This document shows, in pieces, positions 1 through 10,031 of a DNA stretch of 64,000 bases (the first letter of the stretch is position 1; each line of letters begins with the position of its first letter). The stretch is taken from IMG/VR virus record IMGVR_UViG_3300032164_000001. One strand, 5' to 3'. This stretch comes from a virus. The notes under the pieces were generated by a model. It saw only the letters and a program-made list of their open reading frames with translations. It was not told the DNA's origin and searched no databases. Position numbers and translations under genes: made by a program.

Positions 1-933
1 GCCTGCACTCAACCTGGCATTCTTCTCCCGACTCGTCCAGTTTGGGAATGAGTTGGCACATCCACTGTAGGTGGCGTCCACCATGTACAGTGGATAGAAC
101 GCTGCACGCTTGCTGTCCCGCATCGTGCCGTAGCCCATGTAATTTACATCGGCGTTTCTCCAGCATGAGCCGTTACCTCCAGCGCCAGCATAATAATAGG
201 CAGTGGACGTCGTGCCAAACACTGCAAGCTGCTCATCGGTTGAATGCCCGATGTCATACGGTGTGACTTCGGTGACGAGAACGGCGTTGTGTATTGCTGT
301 GGTTGTGGAGTTGTGCATGAGAATGGAAACACTAGTTCCATCCGAACTAGCTGCACAGTAGAACCAAGCTGTGGCGGCGGTCGCAGAACCAATGTATCGT
401 GTGGGATGCCAGTTGCCGCCCATCGATACATAGACATCGATTCGAGGATTCGTGGCGGTCCCGTAAAGAAGTTTCAATTGCCAGGCCTTTACACTTGGAC
501 TGGCGATCGTGAAGTAGTCACTGACAGCTGGAAGTTGATAAGTAGCTGCCAACAATTTCCAGGTGAGTCCGGTCTCTACATGTGGATATTCTAGAGTAGC
601 AGAACGAAAGTCGATGGTCACAGTGTTGGCGTCGACGTAGGCCGTGATCTTGTACCAGCCTGCATTCAACGCATCGGTTGATTGTACTAAGATCCATTTA
701 CCCACGTCACCGACCACAAAAGAGGCAGCTGTGCTATCGATGAAATTCTTGTCGGTGGCGCTCAGCTGGCCATTCGACCCGGTCTTCTCCACCATGTCCC
801 ACAGGGCTGCCACATCCACCGCTGTGAATCCTATGCAGTGGCGCAGGAACAGATAGATGGCCTTCATGGCAAATGGAACACCGGTGGTCCCACCACCAGT
901 CGTTTGCAACTCTCTGATCCACAGCATCGACAT
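1..933 (-). CDS. Fibre/virion appendage protein, family B paralog (partial, runs off the window; missing from the ORF track)
   Basis: ATG at 933 with GGAG upstream; open to base 1. MSMLWIRELQ...FVVGDVGKWILV...NAGWYKITAYVDANTVTIDF aligns with 947..2197 and 3796..5061. Confidence 0.8.
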   Translation of the reverse strand, partial: MSMLWIRELQTTGGGTTGVPFAMKAIYLFLRHCIGFTAVDVAALWDMVEKTGSNGQLSATDKNFIDSTAASFVVGDVGKWILVQSTDALNAGWYKITAYVDANTVTIDFRSATLEYPHVETGLTWKLLAATYQLPAVSDYFTIASPSVKAWQLKLLYGTATNPRIDVYVSMGGNWHPTRYIGSATAATAWFYCAASSDGTSVSILMHNSTTTAIHNAVLVTEVTPYDIGHSTDEQLAVFGTTSTAYYYAGAGGNGSCWRNADVNYMGYGTMRDSKRAAFYPLYMVDATYSGCANSFPNWTSREKNARLSAG

Positions 934-946
934 GTGACTAACTCCG

Positions 947-2197
947 TCAGTACCAGATTCGGGCTGGGCCAACCCCTGGCCACGGGATCATGAAACCATT
1001 CTGCAGGACCAAGAAGTCCTTATTCGTTTGCCATGTGACAGGAAAGAAACGCTTCTGCCTGCGCTGGCTTAAGACGTTCCAGTCAACGTTCCAGCCATGT
1101 TCCGTAACGCTCTCAAAACCACACGGAATTGTCCAATGTCCTTTCACTCTACCATATAATTGATACTGACCTTCGACATTGTCGAAGTCGTGTATAAAGT
1201 ATGTGCCATACCGCACTCCCAGTCTGTCTCCGTTGCGATGATTTACCTGCGCCCCACGTGGAAATCTAGTGTACTCTAATGTATTAGTGCATCCACCGAT
1301 AGATAACTCAATCGGATAGATGTACTTCTGCGCATTGGCGGCCATGTTCCATATGCGTCCGAAACCCCAAAGATCATGTGTCCGTGTTTGCCTGGTGAGA
1401 CCAAGCCCCCAGGAAGTGGTGACATTGCCATTCAATGCGGTTAGCTCCAGTGTATCATGTCCAGTTTCCACTGGATCAATTCTTCCTACACTGATCATAT
1501 TGGTGGCCGAAGCATAATTGTTGCCGCCGTATTCCAACTGTGTGGCGAGCAAATTCAACCACTCTCCGTCATAATCACCTTCTACCGAGTACAAATTTGA
1601 TTCATTACTTCCACAAAGCAAAGCTGGTGTTTCTGCCGCACCGAGTATTTTACCATTGGCCCAAACCCCGTCAACACACACCTGTGCCGTTAGCGCAGCA
1701 CCTGAGATGGTTAATCGGATTGCCCAACCGGTTGCATGTCTGGACTGCAACGAAATGACATCTCCGTTAGTGGATGGCACCTGATAGTCATCACTTAGCA
1801 ACCACCATGTAACCGCTGAACTGGCCGTGGGGTACTCAGTTGGACCACTGGCGAAGTCTATAGTAATATTGCTTGTATCCACATACCCAGTTATCCTATA
1901 GGCTCCACCATTCTGTGGATTAGTGTCATCCCGAATGAAAATCCATGATTCCACATCAGTCGATGCAAATACGTCACCGGATGTTCTGGTGAAGTTGAAA
2001 CCAGTGCCGGTGACATCACCGACTCCAGTCTTTTGATAAGACACAAAACTTTTCCCACCAGCCACTGTCTCAGACTGAAGTGTGTAGCCCATCACTCGGT
2101 TGATGAAAAACGGAATGACTTTTTTCCAAAAAGTGCTGGTCCAGTATTTGTAATTGTAAGCGCTGCCTGGTATCTCGCGTAGCCATCTGCTGCCCAT
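947..2197 (-). CDS. Fibre/virion appendage protein, family B
   Basis: 416 aa, rich in W/G/T; close paralog of 3796..5061; lies downstream of the baseplate genes. Confidence 0.7.
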   Translation of the reverse strand: MGSRWLREIPGSAYNYKYWTSTFWKKVIPFFINRVMGYTLQSETVAGGKSFVSYQKTGVGDVTGTGFNFTRTSGDVFASTDVESWIFIRDDTNPQNGGAYRITGYVDTSNITIDFASGPTEYPTASSAVTWWLLSDDYQVPSTNGDVISLQSRHATGWAIRLTISGAALTAQVCVDGVWANGKILGAAETPALLCGSNESNLYSVEGDYDGEWLNLLATQLEYGGNNYASATNMISVGRIDPVETGHDTLELTALNGNVTTSWGLGLTRQTRTHDLWGFGRIWNMAANAQKYIYPIELSIGGCTNTLEYTRFPRGAQVNHRNGDRLGVRYGTYFIHDFDNVEGQYQLYGRVKGHWTIPCGFESVTEHGWNVDWNVLSQRRQKRFFPVTWQTNKDFLVLQNGFMIPWPGVGPARIWY

Positions 2198-2209
2198 CTG
2201 ATACTCCTT

Positions 2210-3721
2210 CTAACAACTTGACGGAAATGCGCGTTGATACCAGTTTTGTGCACCGTTCCACTTGAAGGCCACGCCGAACTGTGGATGCAACCATTCTTTA
2301 TTGGCACCAAATGCAGACATGCTCCTATTTCCGGGACTGCAACACCACACATACTTGAACTTACCACGGAGCTCCATGTGCCCAGTGGTTCTACTCTCTA
2401 GAATGAGTGGGGCCCGCCATACCTTTTTGCTGTGCATAGATATGGCGCGTCTTGCTGACTTAGACCAATTAGTATCAGCTTGCGGAGAGCAGTGAAAGTA
2501 ATTGAGATAATATGCCACGGTGGTAGTATCGTCATACGACAATCCACGAGCGGTGTAGCCAAGGGAATCTTGACCGGTACCATAGCCAATCCAAGATCGA
2601 TTTGCTTGTCCACTCTTCAGCGCTACGAAAACAACAGGTCGTGGATCAACTTTTGGCTGATAAGAATTCAATTCGCCCACATGATGCCATGAACAGTAGT
2701 GCACCTTCAGGTATGGATAGCTCTCCCATCCTCTTGGAAACTCATCATATTCATGCACCGCATAGATATTGAAGTGGTCTACATCAGCTTCAGCAAACAG
2801 TGTCTCCATGTTTATTACTGTACCAGCTTGATTGTACCACGAAGGCTCGAATATGGACGATGTATACTTGCTGTCGTTCCACGTGTGCGTGCCAGAATTC
2901 CAAGAAGCAAATGGGCTTAATATCATTTCTGGGAATGGTGGTTCGGCAGTACCATGCACTTTCATCCACAGATGAAAGTCATAAGAAATGTTCCAACTGA
3001 GCGCTGATGTCTCATCTGCTCCATCATTATTGACGTATGTAATCTGTGTTGGCCCGCCGCAGGCCGTGATCACAAAAGTGCCATTGTTGTCTGTATTCGT
3101 ACAGCCTGATAGCGTAATGCTTTTACCAACATCAGTGGCTTGAAAATTGGCTGCGGCGTCAGTCAGTGTTGCGTTGAAGCCAGTCATGGCAATGGAATCG
3201 CCAGTGCCGGCTCCAACATTCAAACCGGCGCCAGTATACCCTTTACCACCAAGAATGATTGTGTCATCCTCTGCTGGTACGTAATCAGCATGCACCTTCC
3301 ACAGCGACCAGTGTAGATTCGCATGGCCATCGGGCATGCAATCAGAGTGCGGGCCAGAGTACTTATGTAGTTGCAACGTGTACGTCGTTCCAGCGTTTCC
3401 GATGTACGCTTGTATCTTGTAGATGCCATCTCGTGCTTGATATGGAGCAGTGAAGTTCGTAATTGTCAGATACGACCCAACATCTGTAGAGGAGAACACG
3501 TAACCCGGAGACGGCAACTCGATGGTGTTGAAGCTTGTGGTTTCACCAGTGAGACCAGTGGCTGCATAATTGTCCCATTTAGTACCAATCGCCTTATCAA
3601 CTACAGACCACCCGGCTACTTTCAGGAATTCTACCAGCCAGCGTCCTGCAACTCTGCTTCCCCATAGACCGGTGGAGCCCATACCGTCCCATTGAAAACC
3701 GTTTTGGTACCGCTGCGCCAT
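2210..3721 (-). CDS. Fibre/virion appendage protein, family A
   Basis: 503 aa; close paralog of 5077..6561; carries FxxTDVG-x-LTI...NGxY/F beta repeats. Confidence 0.7.
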   Translation of the reverse strand: MAQRYQNGFQWDGMGSTGLWGSRVAGRWLVEFLKVAGWSVVDKAIGTKWDNYAATGLTGETTSFNTIELPSPGYVFSSTDVGSYLTITNFTAPYQARDGIYKIQAYIGNAGTTYTLQLHKYSGPHSDCMPDGHANLHWSLWKVHADYVPAEDDTIILGGKGYTGAGLNVGAGTGDSIAMTGFNATLTDAAANFQATDVGKSITLSGCTNTDNNGTFVITACGGPTQITYVNNDGADETSALSWNISYDFHLWMKVHGTAEPPFPEMILSPFASWNSGTHTWNDSKYTSSIFEPSWYNQAGTVINMETLFAEADVDHFNIYAVHEYDEFPRGWESYPYLKVHYCSWHHVGELNSYQPKVDPRPVVFVALKSGQANRSWIGYGTGQDSLGYTARGLSYDDTTTVAYYLNYFHCSPQADTNWSKSARRAISMHSKKVWRAPLILESRTTGHMELRGKFKYVWCCSPGNRSMSAFGANKEWLHPQFGVAFKWNGAQNWYQRAFPSSC

Positions 3722-3795
3722 TGTTCACACCCCCCGTGTAGTGCGGATGCATCGTCCGATCTCTAACGAACCAAGCATTCCACCGATCTTTTCCA

Positions 3796-5061
3796 TTATT
3801 CCCAAGTGCGGGCTGGGCCAACACCTGGCCATGGAATCATGAAGCCATTCTGCAGGACCAAGAAGTCCTTGTTCGTCTGCCAGGTGCAAGGGAAGAAACG
3901 CTTTTGCGGACGTTGGTCTAGATTCCAGTTGTAGTTCCCTGAACAACTTTCAAAAATCGGCAATGTCCAGTGTCCCTTCACCCGACCGTATAACTGATAT
4001 CGCCCTGCAATGTTGTTTTGATCCATGATGAAATAAGTGCCATAGCGCACTTCTAGTTTGTCACCCAATCGTCTATTCACCTGTGCAGTGCGAGGAAAGC
4101 GTTGCCACTCGATAGTATTGCCTAGACCACCGATTGACAACTCTACCGGGAATATATATTTCTCTGCATTGGCTGCAACATTCCAGACTCGTCCGAGACC
4201 CCAAGTATCGTTGTACCCTGCTGCCACTTGTGAAAGTCTAGAGCCGCAATAGCTGTCCGGGCCATATCCGCCATTCAACGCAGTCAATTCCAATGTATCG
4301 TGACCGGTTTCCACTGGATCTATTCTGGCCACACTGACCATGTCAGAGCGCATCCAGTTTGCATCCTGCCAGCCACTTTGTTCAACTTTTGTCACGATTA
4401 GATTGAGCCACTCGCCATCATAGTCGCCTTCGACACTGATCACGGTGGAATCATAAGGTCCATAGTGCATGGCTGTTGGAGCCGAGCTTGCACCCAGTAT
4501 TTTGCCGTCAGCCCAGTTGCCATCGACACAGACTCGTGCCCAGAAATAACGCATCCCACTTGAATTGTTGATCGTGAGGCGAATAGCCCATCCGGTTGAA
4601 TGTCTAGATTGTAAATCGACGGTGTCATTACTTGTTACTGGTACTTGATAACTCTGACTTGTGAGCCACCAGTTCACACTGGCACTGGCCGTTGGAAACT
4701 CAGTTGGTCCTCCGGCAAAGTCTATGATCACATTGTTTGGATCTACGTATCCAACTATTTGATATGCACCGCCATTCCTTGGGTTTGCATCATCACGAAT
4801 GAATAGCCATGAGTTGACATCCGTTGATGCAAATACGTCACCGGATGTTCGAGAGAAATTGAATCCAGTACCAGTCACATCGCCAACGCCTGTCTTCTGA
4901 TGAGATACAAAACTATTTCCGCCGGTCACCGTTTCCGATTGAAAAGTGTAGCCCATCACACGATATAGGAATAGAACAACGGCCTTGCACCAGAATCTAT
5001 CAGACCATGCCCTCGAACCGGTTGCACTTGCTGGTATTTCACGCAGCCATCTACTACTCAT
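3796..5061 (-). CDS. Fibre/virion appendage protein, family B
   Basis: 421 aa; AAGGAG RBS; paralog of 947..2197. Confidence 0.7.
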   Translation of the reverse strand: MSSRWLREIPASATGSRAWSDRFWCKAVVLFLYRVMGYTFQSETVTGGNSFVSHQKTGVGDVTGTGFNFSRTSGDVFASTDVNSWLFIRDDANPRNGGAYQIVGYVDPNNVIIDFAGGPTEFPTASASVNWWLTSQSYQVPVTSNDTVDLQSRHSTGWAIRLTINNSSGMRYFWARVCVDGNWADGKILGASSAPTAMHYGPYDSTVISVEGDYDGEWLNLIVTKVEQSGWQDANWMRSDMVSVARIDPVETGHDTLELTALNGGYGPDSYCGSRLSQVAAGYNDTWGLGRVWNVAANAEKYIFPVELSIGGLGNTIEWQRFPRTAQVNRRLGDKLEVRYGTYFIMDQNNIAGRYQLYGRVKGHWTLPIFESCSGNYNWNLDQRPQKRFFPCTWQTNKDFLVLQNGFMIPWPGVGPARTWE

Positions 5062-5076
5062 TTGTTACTCCTTTTT

Positions 5077-6561
5077 TCAACCAACCGTCCAGAATGCGCG
5101 CTGATACCAGTTTTGTGCACCATTCCACTTGAAGGCCACGCCGAACTGTGGATGCAGCCATTCTTTACTCGATCCGAAAGTGGACATACTCCTATTTCCG
5201 GGACTGCAACACCATACATACTTGAACTTACCACGGAGCTCCATGTGCCCAGTGGTTCTACTCTCTAGAATAAGTGGAGCCCGCCATACCTTTTTGCTGT
5301 ACGTGGATACTGATCGTCTGGCGTAGATAGTCCAGTTTGTGTTAGCTGCAGTGGAACAGTGAAAATAGTTCAGGTAGTAGGCGAGTGTGGTGGTCGCATC
5401 ATAGGACAATCCTCGAGCGGTGTATCCCGCAGAATTTTGTCCAGAGCCGTAACCGACTTGCGCCCTGTCAAAGTTGTTACCGCGCAGTGTTGCAATGACA
5501 ACCGGTCGTGGGTCAAATACAGGATGGTATGTCGTTGTCTCACCGACGTGCCACCAACCAGTGTACTGGCAACATGAAGAGTTTCGAGGGACTATGTCAT
5601 ACTCATGCACGGAATATATGTTGAAATGGTCGACATCGGCCTCAGCAAATAGTGTTATCATATTACTGTTGACCCAGTTCGGATCTGTGAGGACCGCTGT
5701 ATATCTGGAATCATTCCATGCATGCGTGCCGGCATTCCAGGAGGCAAATGGACTCAGAATCAATTCTGGAAGACCAGAATTGGTCACCGTGCGCGACTTC
5801 ATGTGTAGATGGAAGTCGTATGAGATGTTCCAGCTGAATGCCGACGTTTCATTCACTCCATCGACGTTGACGTATGTAACCTGTGTTGGACCACCACGAG
5901 CTGTTATGACGAAAGTGCCATCGTTGTCAGGATCAGAACAATTGGCAAGCGTGATGCTCTTGCCGATATCGGTGGTTTGGAAATTGGCGGTTGCGTCGGT
6001 CAGGGTTGCATCAGTGCCGGACATGGCAATGGAATCCCCGGTGCCAGCACCGACGTTGAGACCAGCTCCAGTGTAGCCTTTGCCGCCAAGCACGATCACA
6101 TCATTGTCTGCCGGCATGTAGTTGGCATGAACCTTCCACAACGACCAATGTAGATCTGCGTGACCATCCGGAACACAATCGGAATGTGGTCCTGAGTATT
6201 TATGCAATTGCAACGTGTACGTCGTTCCAACGTTTCCAACGTACGCCTGTATCATGTAGATGCCATCTCGTGCCTGATATGGAGCAGCGAAACCCGTGAT
6301 GGTTAGATAAGATCCAGCGTCTGCAGAGGAGAATGCATAGCCAGGGGACGGCAACTCGATGGTATTGAAATTGATGGTTTCACCGGTCAGGCCGGTGGCG
6401 ATGTAGTTGTCCCATCTGGTGCCTACGGCCTTGTCAACTACAGACCAGCCTGCCACCTTCAAGAACTCCACCAGCCAGCGACACATGACCTTTCCACCCA
6501 GCAAGCCGTAGGAGCTCAACATGCCATCCCACTGAAGACCATTCTGGAATCGTTGGGCCAT
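5077..6561 (-). CDS. Fibre/virion appendage protein, family A
   Basis: 494 aa; GAGGAG RBS; paralog of 2210..3721. Confidence 0.7.
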   Translation of the reverse strand: MAQRFQNGLQWDGMLSSYGLLGGKVMCRWLVEFLKVAGWSVVDKAVGTRWDNYIATGLTGETINFNTIELPSPGYAFSSADAGSYLTITGFAAPYQARDGIYMIQAYVGNVGTTYTLQLHKYSGPHSDCVPDGHADLHWSLWKVHANYMPADNDVIVLGGKGYTGAGLNVGAGTGDSIAMSGTDATLTDATANFQTTDIGKSITLANCSDPDNDGTFVITARGGPTQVTYVNVDGVNETSAFSWNISYDFHLHMKSRTVTNSGLPELILSPFASWNAGTHAWNDSRYTAVLTDPNWVNSNMITLFAEADVDHFNIYSVHEYDIVPRNSSCCQYTGWWHVGETTTYHPVFDPRPVVIATLRGNNFDRAQVGYGSGQNSAGYTARGLSYDATTTLAYYLNYFHCSTAANTNWTIYARRSVSTYSKKVWRAPLILESRTTGHMELRGKFKYVWCCSPGNRSMSTFGSSKEWLHPQFGVAFKWNGAQNWYQRAFWTVG

Positions 6562-6565
6562 CTAG

Positions 6566-6823
6566 CTACTCCTCGAAAGCGGCATAGATTCGCTGTTTGG
6601 CTCCATCTGATCCGACTACAGCATCGCCAAAGCATTCCGCATTGGTGAATCTGACCTGTACGGGTGCACCGTTGTTCTTGCTCACAGTGAGATCTACACC
6701 ACCCTCCGTGTCATCACCATAAGGCGCCAAGATCTGCCATTCATAGCTGACATTTTCCACAAACCAGCGAACTGGCATCCAGTAGTTGATTAGTTCTCTG
6801 AACTTGATCTCTCTCTCAGTCAT
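6566..6823 (-). CDS. Hypothetical protein (possible fibre chaperone)
   Basis: 85 aa; GAGGT RBS; fills the gap between fibre genes. Confidence 0.65.
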   Translation of the reverse strand: MTEREIKFRELINYWMPVRWFVENVSYEWQILAPYGDDTEGGVDLTVSKNNGAPVQVRFTNAECFGDAVVGSDGAKQRIYAAFEE

Positions 6824-6826
6824 TGA

Positions 6827-8047
6827 CTACCTCTCGTATCTGATCTGGCTGCCATGCCAGGGCATGGTGAGACCGCCGATCACATGTACATACTCGCCAT
6901 TGGCGCCGAACACGTTCAGTCTTGGATTGTCTCGTCCGGTAATCCAGGTTCTACGCAAGGCACCACGTAATTCCATGTGTCCGGTCGTCTTGCTCTCACA
7001 GACAGCGTCAAGCAGATAGTTGTCCTTGTTGTACATCGAGAATTGCCTGCGCCATTCAGCCATCCAGTGCAGATCAGCAGCGGGGCTGCAGTGCATGAAT
7101 GTCATGTTGCCGGCAACAGTTGTCAGATCGTCGTAACCCAACCAGTACCCCCGTCCATTGAGATTGGAACTAGCACCGGTGCCAATTAACGTGACAGCAT
7201 CCCCACCTGGCGTGGTGCTACCAGCATTTGAGCCTTCCCACAGGATGCACGGCTTGGGGTCTTCGGCTGTATGGTACGTGTTGATCTCACCGATGTAGAG
7301 AAAGTGGTAAGAATAGTAATCGTCTTCAGGACGAATGAAAATCACAGCTCGGTCTTTGTCGGCTGCAGCCCACACCCGGCAGTTGTCGACGTTGATCAGG
7401 CTGTTGCTCCAGTTGTCAATACCCAGGGCGGTGGTGCGCTTCGCATCACTCCAGCCAGTGCTTACAACCCAGCTGGCGAATGGACTCATGATGAGTTCGG
7501 GGAAGTAGCTATTGGAAGACCGCACCTTGATGTGTGTGTGAAAACTGTAGCCCGAAGGCCCACCACTCGTCGTGCCGGTACCCTTGACGACAGCGATGTC
7601 ATTGGCTACCGGGCAATATGTGTTGGTCGGTCGCCACAGTCGCCATGTAAGTCCGGTTGCTCCAGGCAGAATCCCACGATGGTGCACACTATCCCAGATG
7701 TCCAGTTTCACCGTTGTTGCAGAGACAACCTGATTGATACGATAGATTCCATTCCACTCTGCCTTGGAGAATCCCGTGATGGTCAAGTACGCACCAACAT
7801 CCGAAGAGGAGAACACGGCGGATACAGACTTGAACAACCACTTCTGGTAGGTGGTCTCAGTTGGGTCCTCGGCGCCATCAGTTCCAGAAGAAACAACATT
7901 GGACCAAGCTGTACCGACATAGGCGTCATGCAGTGTCCAGCCACAAATCTGTGTCAGCCATTCCACGAGCCAACGCGCAAATGTCCGGCCGCACTGCGAA
8001 GCAGTGGGAGCGGTGAGCAGCAGGCCATTGGCGTACTTGTCAGCCAT
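6827..8047 (-). CDS. Fibre/virion appendage protein, divergent family A paralog
   Basis: Shares RWLVE, PELIMSPFASW, HCSP and ESxTTGHMELRG motifs with 2210..3721 and 5077..6561. Confidence 0.7.
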   Translation of the reverse strand: MADKYANGLLLTAPTASQCGRTFARWLVEWLTQICGWTLHDAYVGTAWSNVVSSGTDGAEDPTETTYQKWLFKSVSAVFSSSDVGAYLTITGFSKAEWNGIYRINQVVSATTVKLDIWDSVHHRGILPGATGLTWRLWRPTNTYCPVANDIAVVKGTGTTSGGPSGYSFHTHIKVRSSNSYFPELIMSPFASWVVSTGWSDAKRTTALGIDNWSNSLINVDNCRVWAAADKDRAVIFIRPEDDYYSYHFLYIGEINTYHTAEDPKPCILWEGSNAGSTTPGGDAVTLIGTGASSNLNGRGYWLGYDDLTTVAGNMTFMHCSPAADLHWMAEWRRQFSMYNKDNYLLDAVCESKTTGHMELRGALRRTWITGRDNPRLNVFGANGEYVHVIGGLTMPWHGSQIRYER

Positions 8048-8050
8048 CGA

Positions 8051-9304
8051 TCAGCTCCCTTCGAAACGCAACAGCTCCATCTTGAAACCAATGCGGTGCG
8101 TACCACTCAACTTGGAGACATTTACCGCTATGTCATTGGTCATCGACGTCCGTCCCTTCACTGGAATGTAAGAGAAGTAGGACGTGTTGTCCACAGTGAC
8201 ATGACATTTCCATCGAGCACCAAGAACCTTGGCGGTGAACCCTGAACCTTCGCCTGTCACACCGTTGTGCAATAGGGCAACGTTTGGCGCGCCGGTGACC
8301 TCCTGTACGCTATCGATGCGATTTCCACCATTATTCACCTCGTGCATTGCACCAGAGATCAACACCGGTAGCCCCCAGTCATCGACGGTGAAGAAGTCGG
8401 TGGAGGTCTTCATCCCAGACAGGTCATCCGCACCGTATGCAACGCGCGGACTATACACTCCATCGCTCGCAGCGGCAAGCATGAAGTTGCTTGGCCCTTC
8501 ATCATTGTTTGGTGAAGGAGAGACAGTGATGTTCTTCACATCGAAGCAACCGGTGATGAAGCGTCGGCCATTATTGTTCGACAATGAATGACTGATCTGC
8601 AAAATCTTGCCAACGTCGGCCGATGAGAATGCACCATTCTCCAGATGAACAGTGGCTGTCGACTTGGTCATGTAGTCCAATGCGTTGCCGGTCACCTCTC
8701 GAACAAGGGGTCCATTTGGAAACTGGAACGTGTTGCACATCGTTCCGCCAACAACCTGGAGTCTTGCTGTCGAACCGGATGAACTGGCCTCGAGCTGCAG
8801 TTGCTGTTGCGCCTCTGGTCCGACAGCGCTGGCCGTGGCGTTGGTCAACTTCGGATTCATCAGACTGACAAGCTCCGGCGCGGTGTACAGGCCAGATTCT
8901 GCTGGAGAGAAGGTGACAGTGATGGTTGATCCGCCATCAACCTTGTACTTCAGGTTGTCACCGGTGTCCTCGATACGATAGATGTCTATCGCCTCGGCGA
9001 CGAGCTTCGGGTGGCCATTGAATAGTAGACCACCACGCTGCAGCAGTGGAGACCCGGTGATCACACGAGGGTCAGGCATGCCATCTGGTTGCAAGAAACC
9101 AGCTGACGGGCGAATCATGTACACGCCGGTCAGATTCATGTTCTGATAGACCTCGACGTAGTCCTCCTCATGTAACAGATGCACCTCTGGTTGCTCACTG
9201 CCAAGAATGAACGAGTACAACTCATCCTGTGGAGTATACTCTGTAGGCAGCAATCGCCCTTCATAGAGCTGGTACTTGTACACGAATGGACTAAGTTCGA
9301 TCAT
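8051..9304 (-). CDS. Tail/baseplate-associated structural protein
   Basis: 417 aa; contains a KVDGG-TITVTF...TAPELVSLMN module also seen in the sheath, plus FSSADVGK repeats. Confidence 0.6.
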   Translation of the reverse strand: MIELSPFVYKYQLYEGRLLPTEYTPQDELYSFILGSEQPEVHLLHEEDYVEVYQNMNLTGVYMIRPSAGFLQPDGMPDPRVITGSPLLQRGGLLFNGHPKLVAEAIDIYRIEDTGDNLKYKVDGGSTITVTFSPAESGLYTAPELVSLMNPKLTNATASAVGPEAQQQLQLEASSSGSTARLQVVGGTMCNTFQFPNGPLVREVTGNALDYMTKSTATVHLENGAFSSADVGKILQISHSLSNNNGRRFITGCFDVKNITVSPSPNNDEGPSNFMLAAASDGVYSPRVAYGADDLSGMKTSTDFFTVDDWGLPVLISGAMHEVNNGGNRIDSVQEVTGAPNVALLHNGVTGEGSGFTAKVLGARWKCHVTVDNTSYFSYIPVKGRTSMTNDIAVNVSKLSGTHRIGFKMELLRFEGS

Positions 9305-9309
9305 TGGCC

Positions 9310-10017
9310 TTACATCTGCCTGCTCATCTCGAACATGTCAACGAATCCACGGGACTGCGCAAGGCTCGACTGGAAGAACCAGCCACCATAGCCACCGGCA
9401 AGTGGATCTGTGCTGGATTCGACACCGAGTGCATCGTCGACGTAGTCGTCCATGCCCGGTATGGCCTGCCAGTTGGGACTGGTGCATGGATTGATAGACA
9501 GGTCATTCTTGAAGCACTTCAAGATCACGTCACCGTTGGGATTGACGATCGAGTCCAATCGCAAGTGCACCCATGTGTTCACCAGGAATGTCTCGGACGA
9601 CAACTTCAGACAAGTCTGTGAGTTCGTCGGATCGAGTCCAGCGATGGGCGCGGCCTTAGCCAGGATGATGGATGACGGGTCGTCGTTCGATAGGCCGAGC
9701 AGGTAGCCTTTGTAGCTTTCCGAAGTGCTCGTCAGGTTGATGAACAGTCCAACAGAGTAGCCCAGCACGCTACCAGCTGAAGGTCCACGCTTCATCACGC
9801 ATCTGACAGAACCTCCAGTGGCATTGTCCGAGTCATCGCGCAGTGGGGCGAACTTCGTCAGGTTGTAATACAACCCAGTGGCCATAGCGCCATCGGACAC
9901 CGAGTTGAATCCAAACGTGAAGTGCCCACCGCCATTCGGCACTGTCTGTCCGGTTGTCGCACCACGCTTGATGCTGGCCGCTGCTGCGCCAAAGATGCCA
10001 AAATCACTCTCAGCCAT
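9310..10017 (-). CDS. Virion structural protein (possible beta-sandwich/lectin-like fold)
   Basis: 235 aa, beta-rich (NTWVHLRLD, GGYGGW); located in the tail operon. Confidence 0.55.
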   Translation of the reverse strand: MAESDFGIFGAAAASIKRGATTGQTVPNGGGHFTFGFNSVSDGAMATGLYYNLTKFAPLRDDSDNATGGSVRCVMKRGPSAGSVLGYSVGLFINLTSTSESYKGYLLGLSNDDPSSIILAKAAPIAGLDPTNSQTCLKLSSETFLVNTWVHLRLDSIVNPNGDVILKCFKNDLSINPCTSPNWQAIPGMDDYVDDALGVESSTDPLAGGYGGWFFQSSLAQSRGFVDMFEMSRQM

Positions 10018-10031
10018 CGAAGGATCTCCTG

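Larger units (their letters stand above)
947..6561. repeat. Tandem duplication of an A+B gene pair (period ~2.87 kb)
   Basis: 2226..2433 and 5093..5300 are near-identical at offset 2867; protein similarity extends across both genes. Confidence 0.9.

Noticed and set aside
2226-5300. Diversity-generating retroelement TR/VR pair
   Set aside because: Both copies are coding; differences are mostly third-position transitions in both directions rather than adenine-specific; no reverse transcriptase in the window.
7271-8245. 324-aa plus-strand ORF (likewise 32694..33644 + and 41397..42383 -)
   Set aside because: These are antisense shadows of well-supported genes, with no RBS or recognisable motifs.
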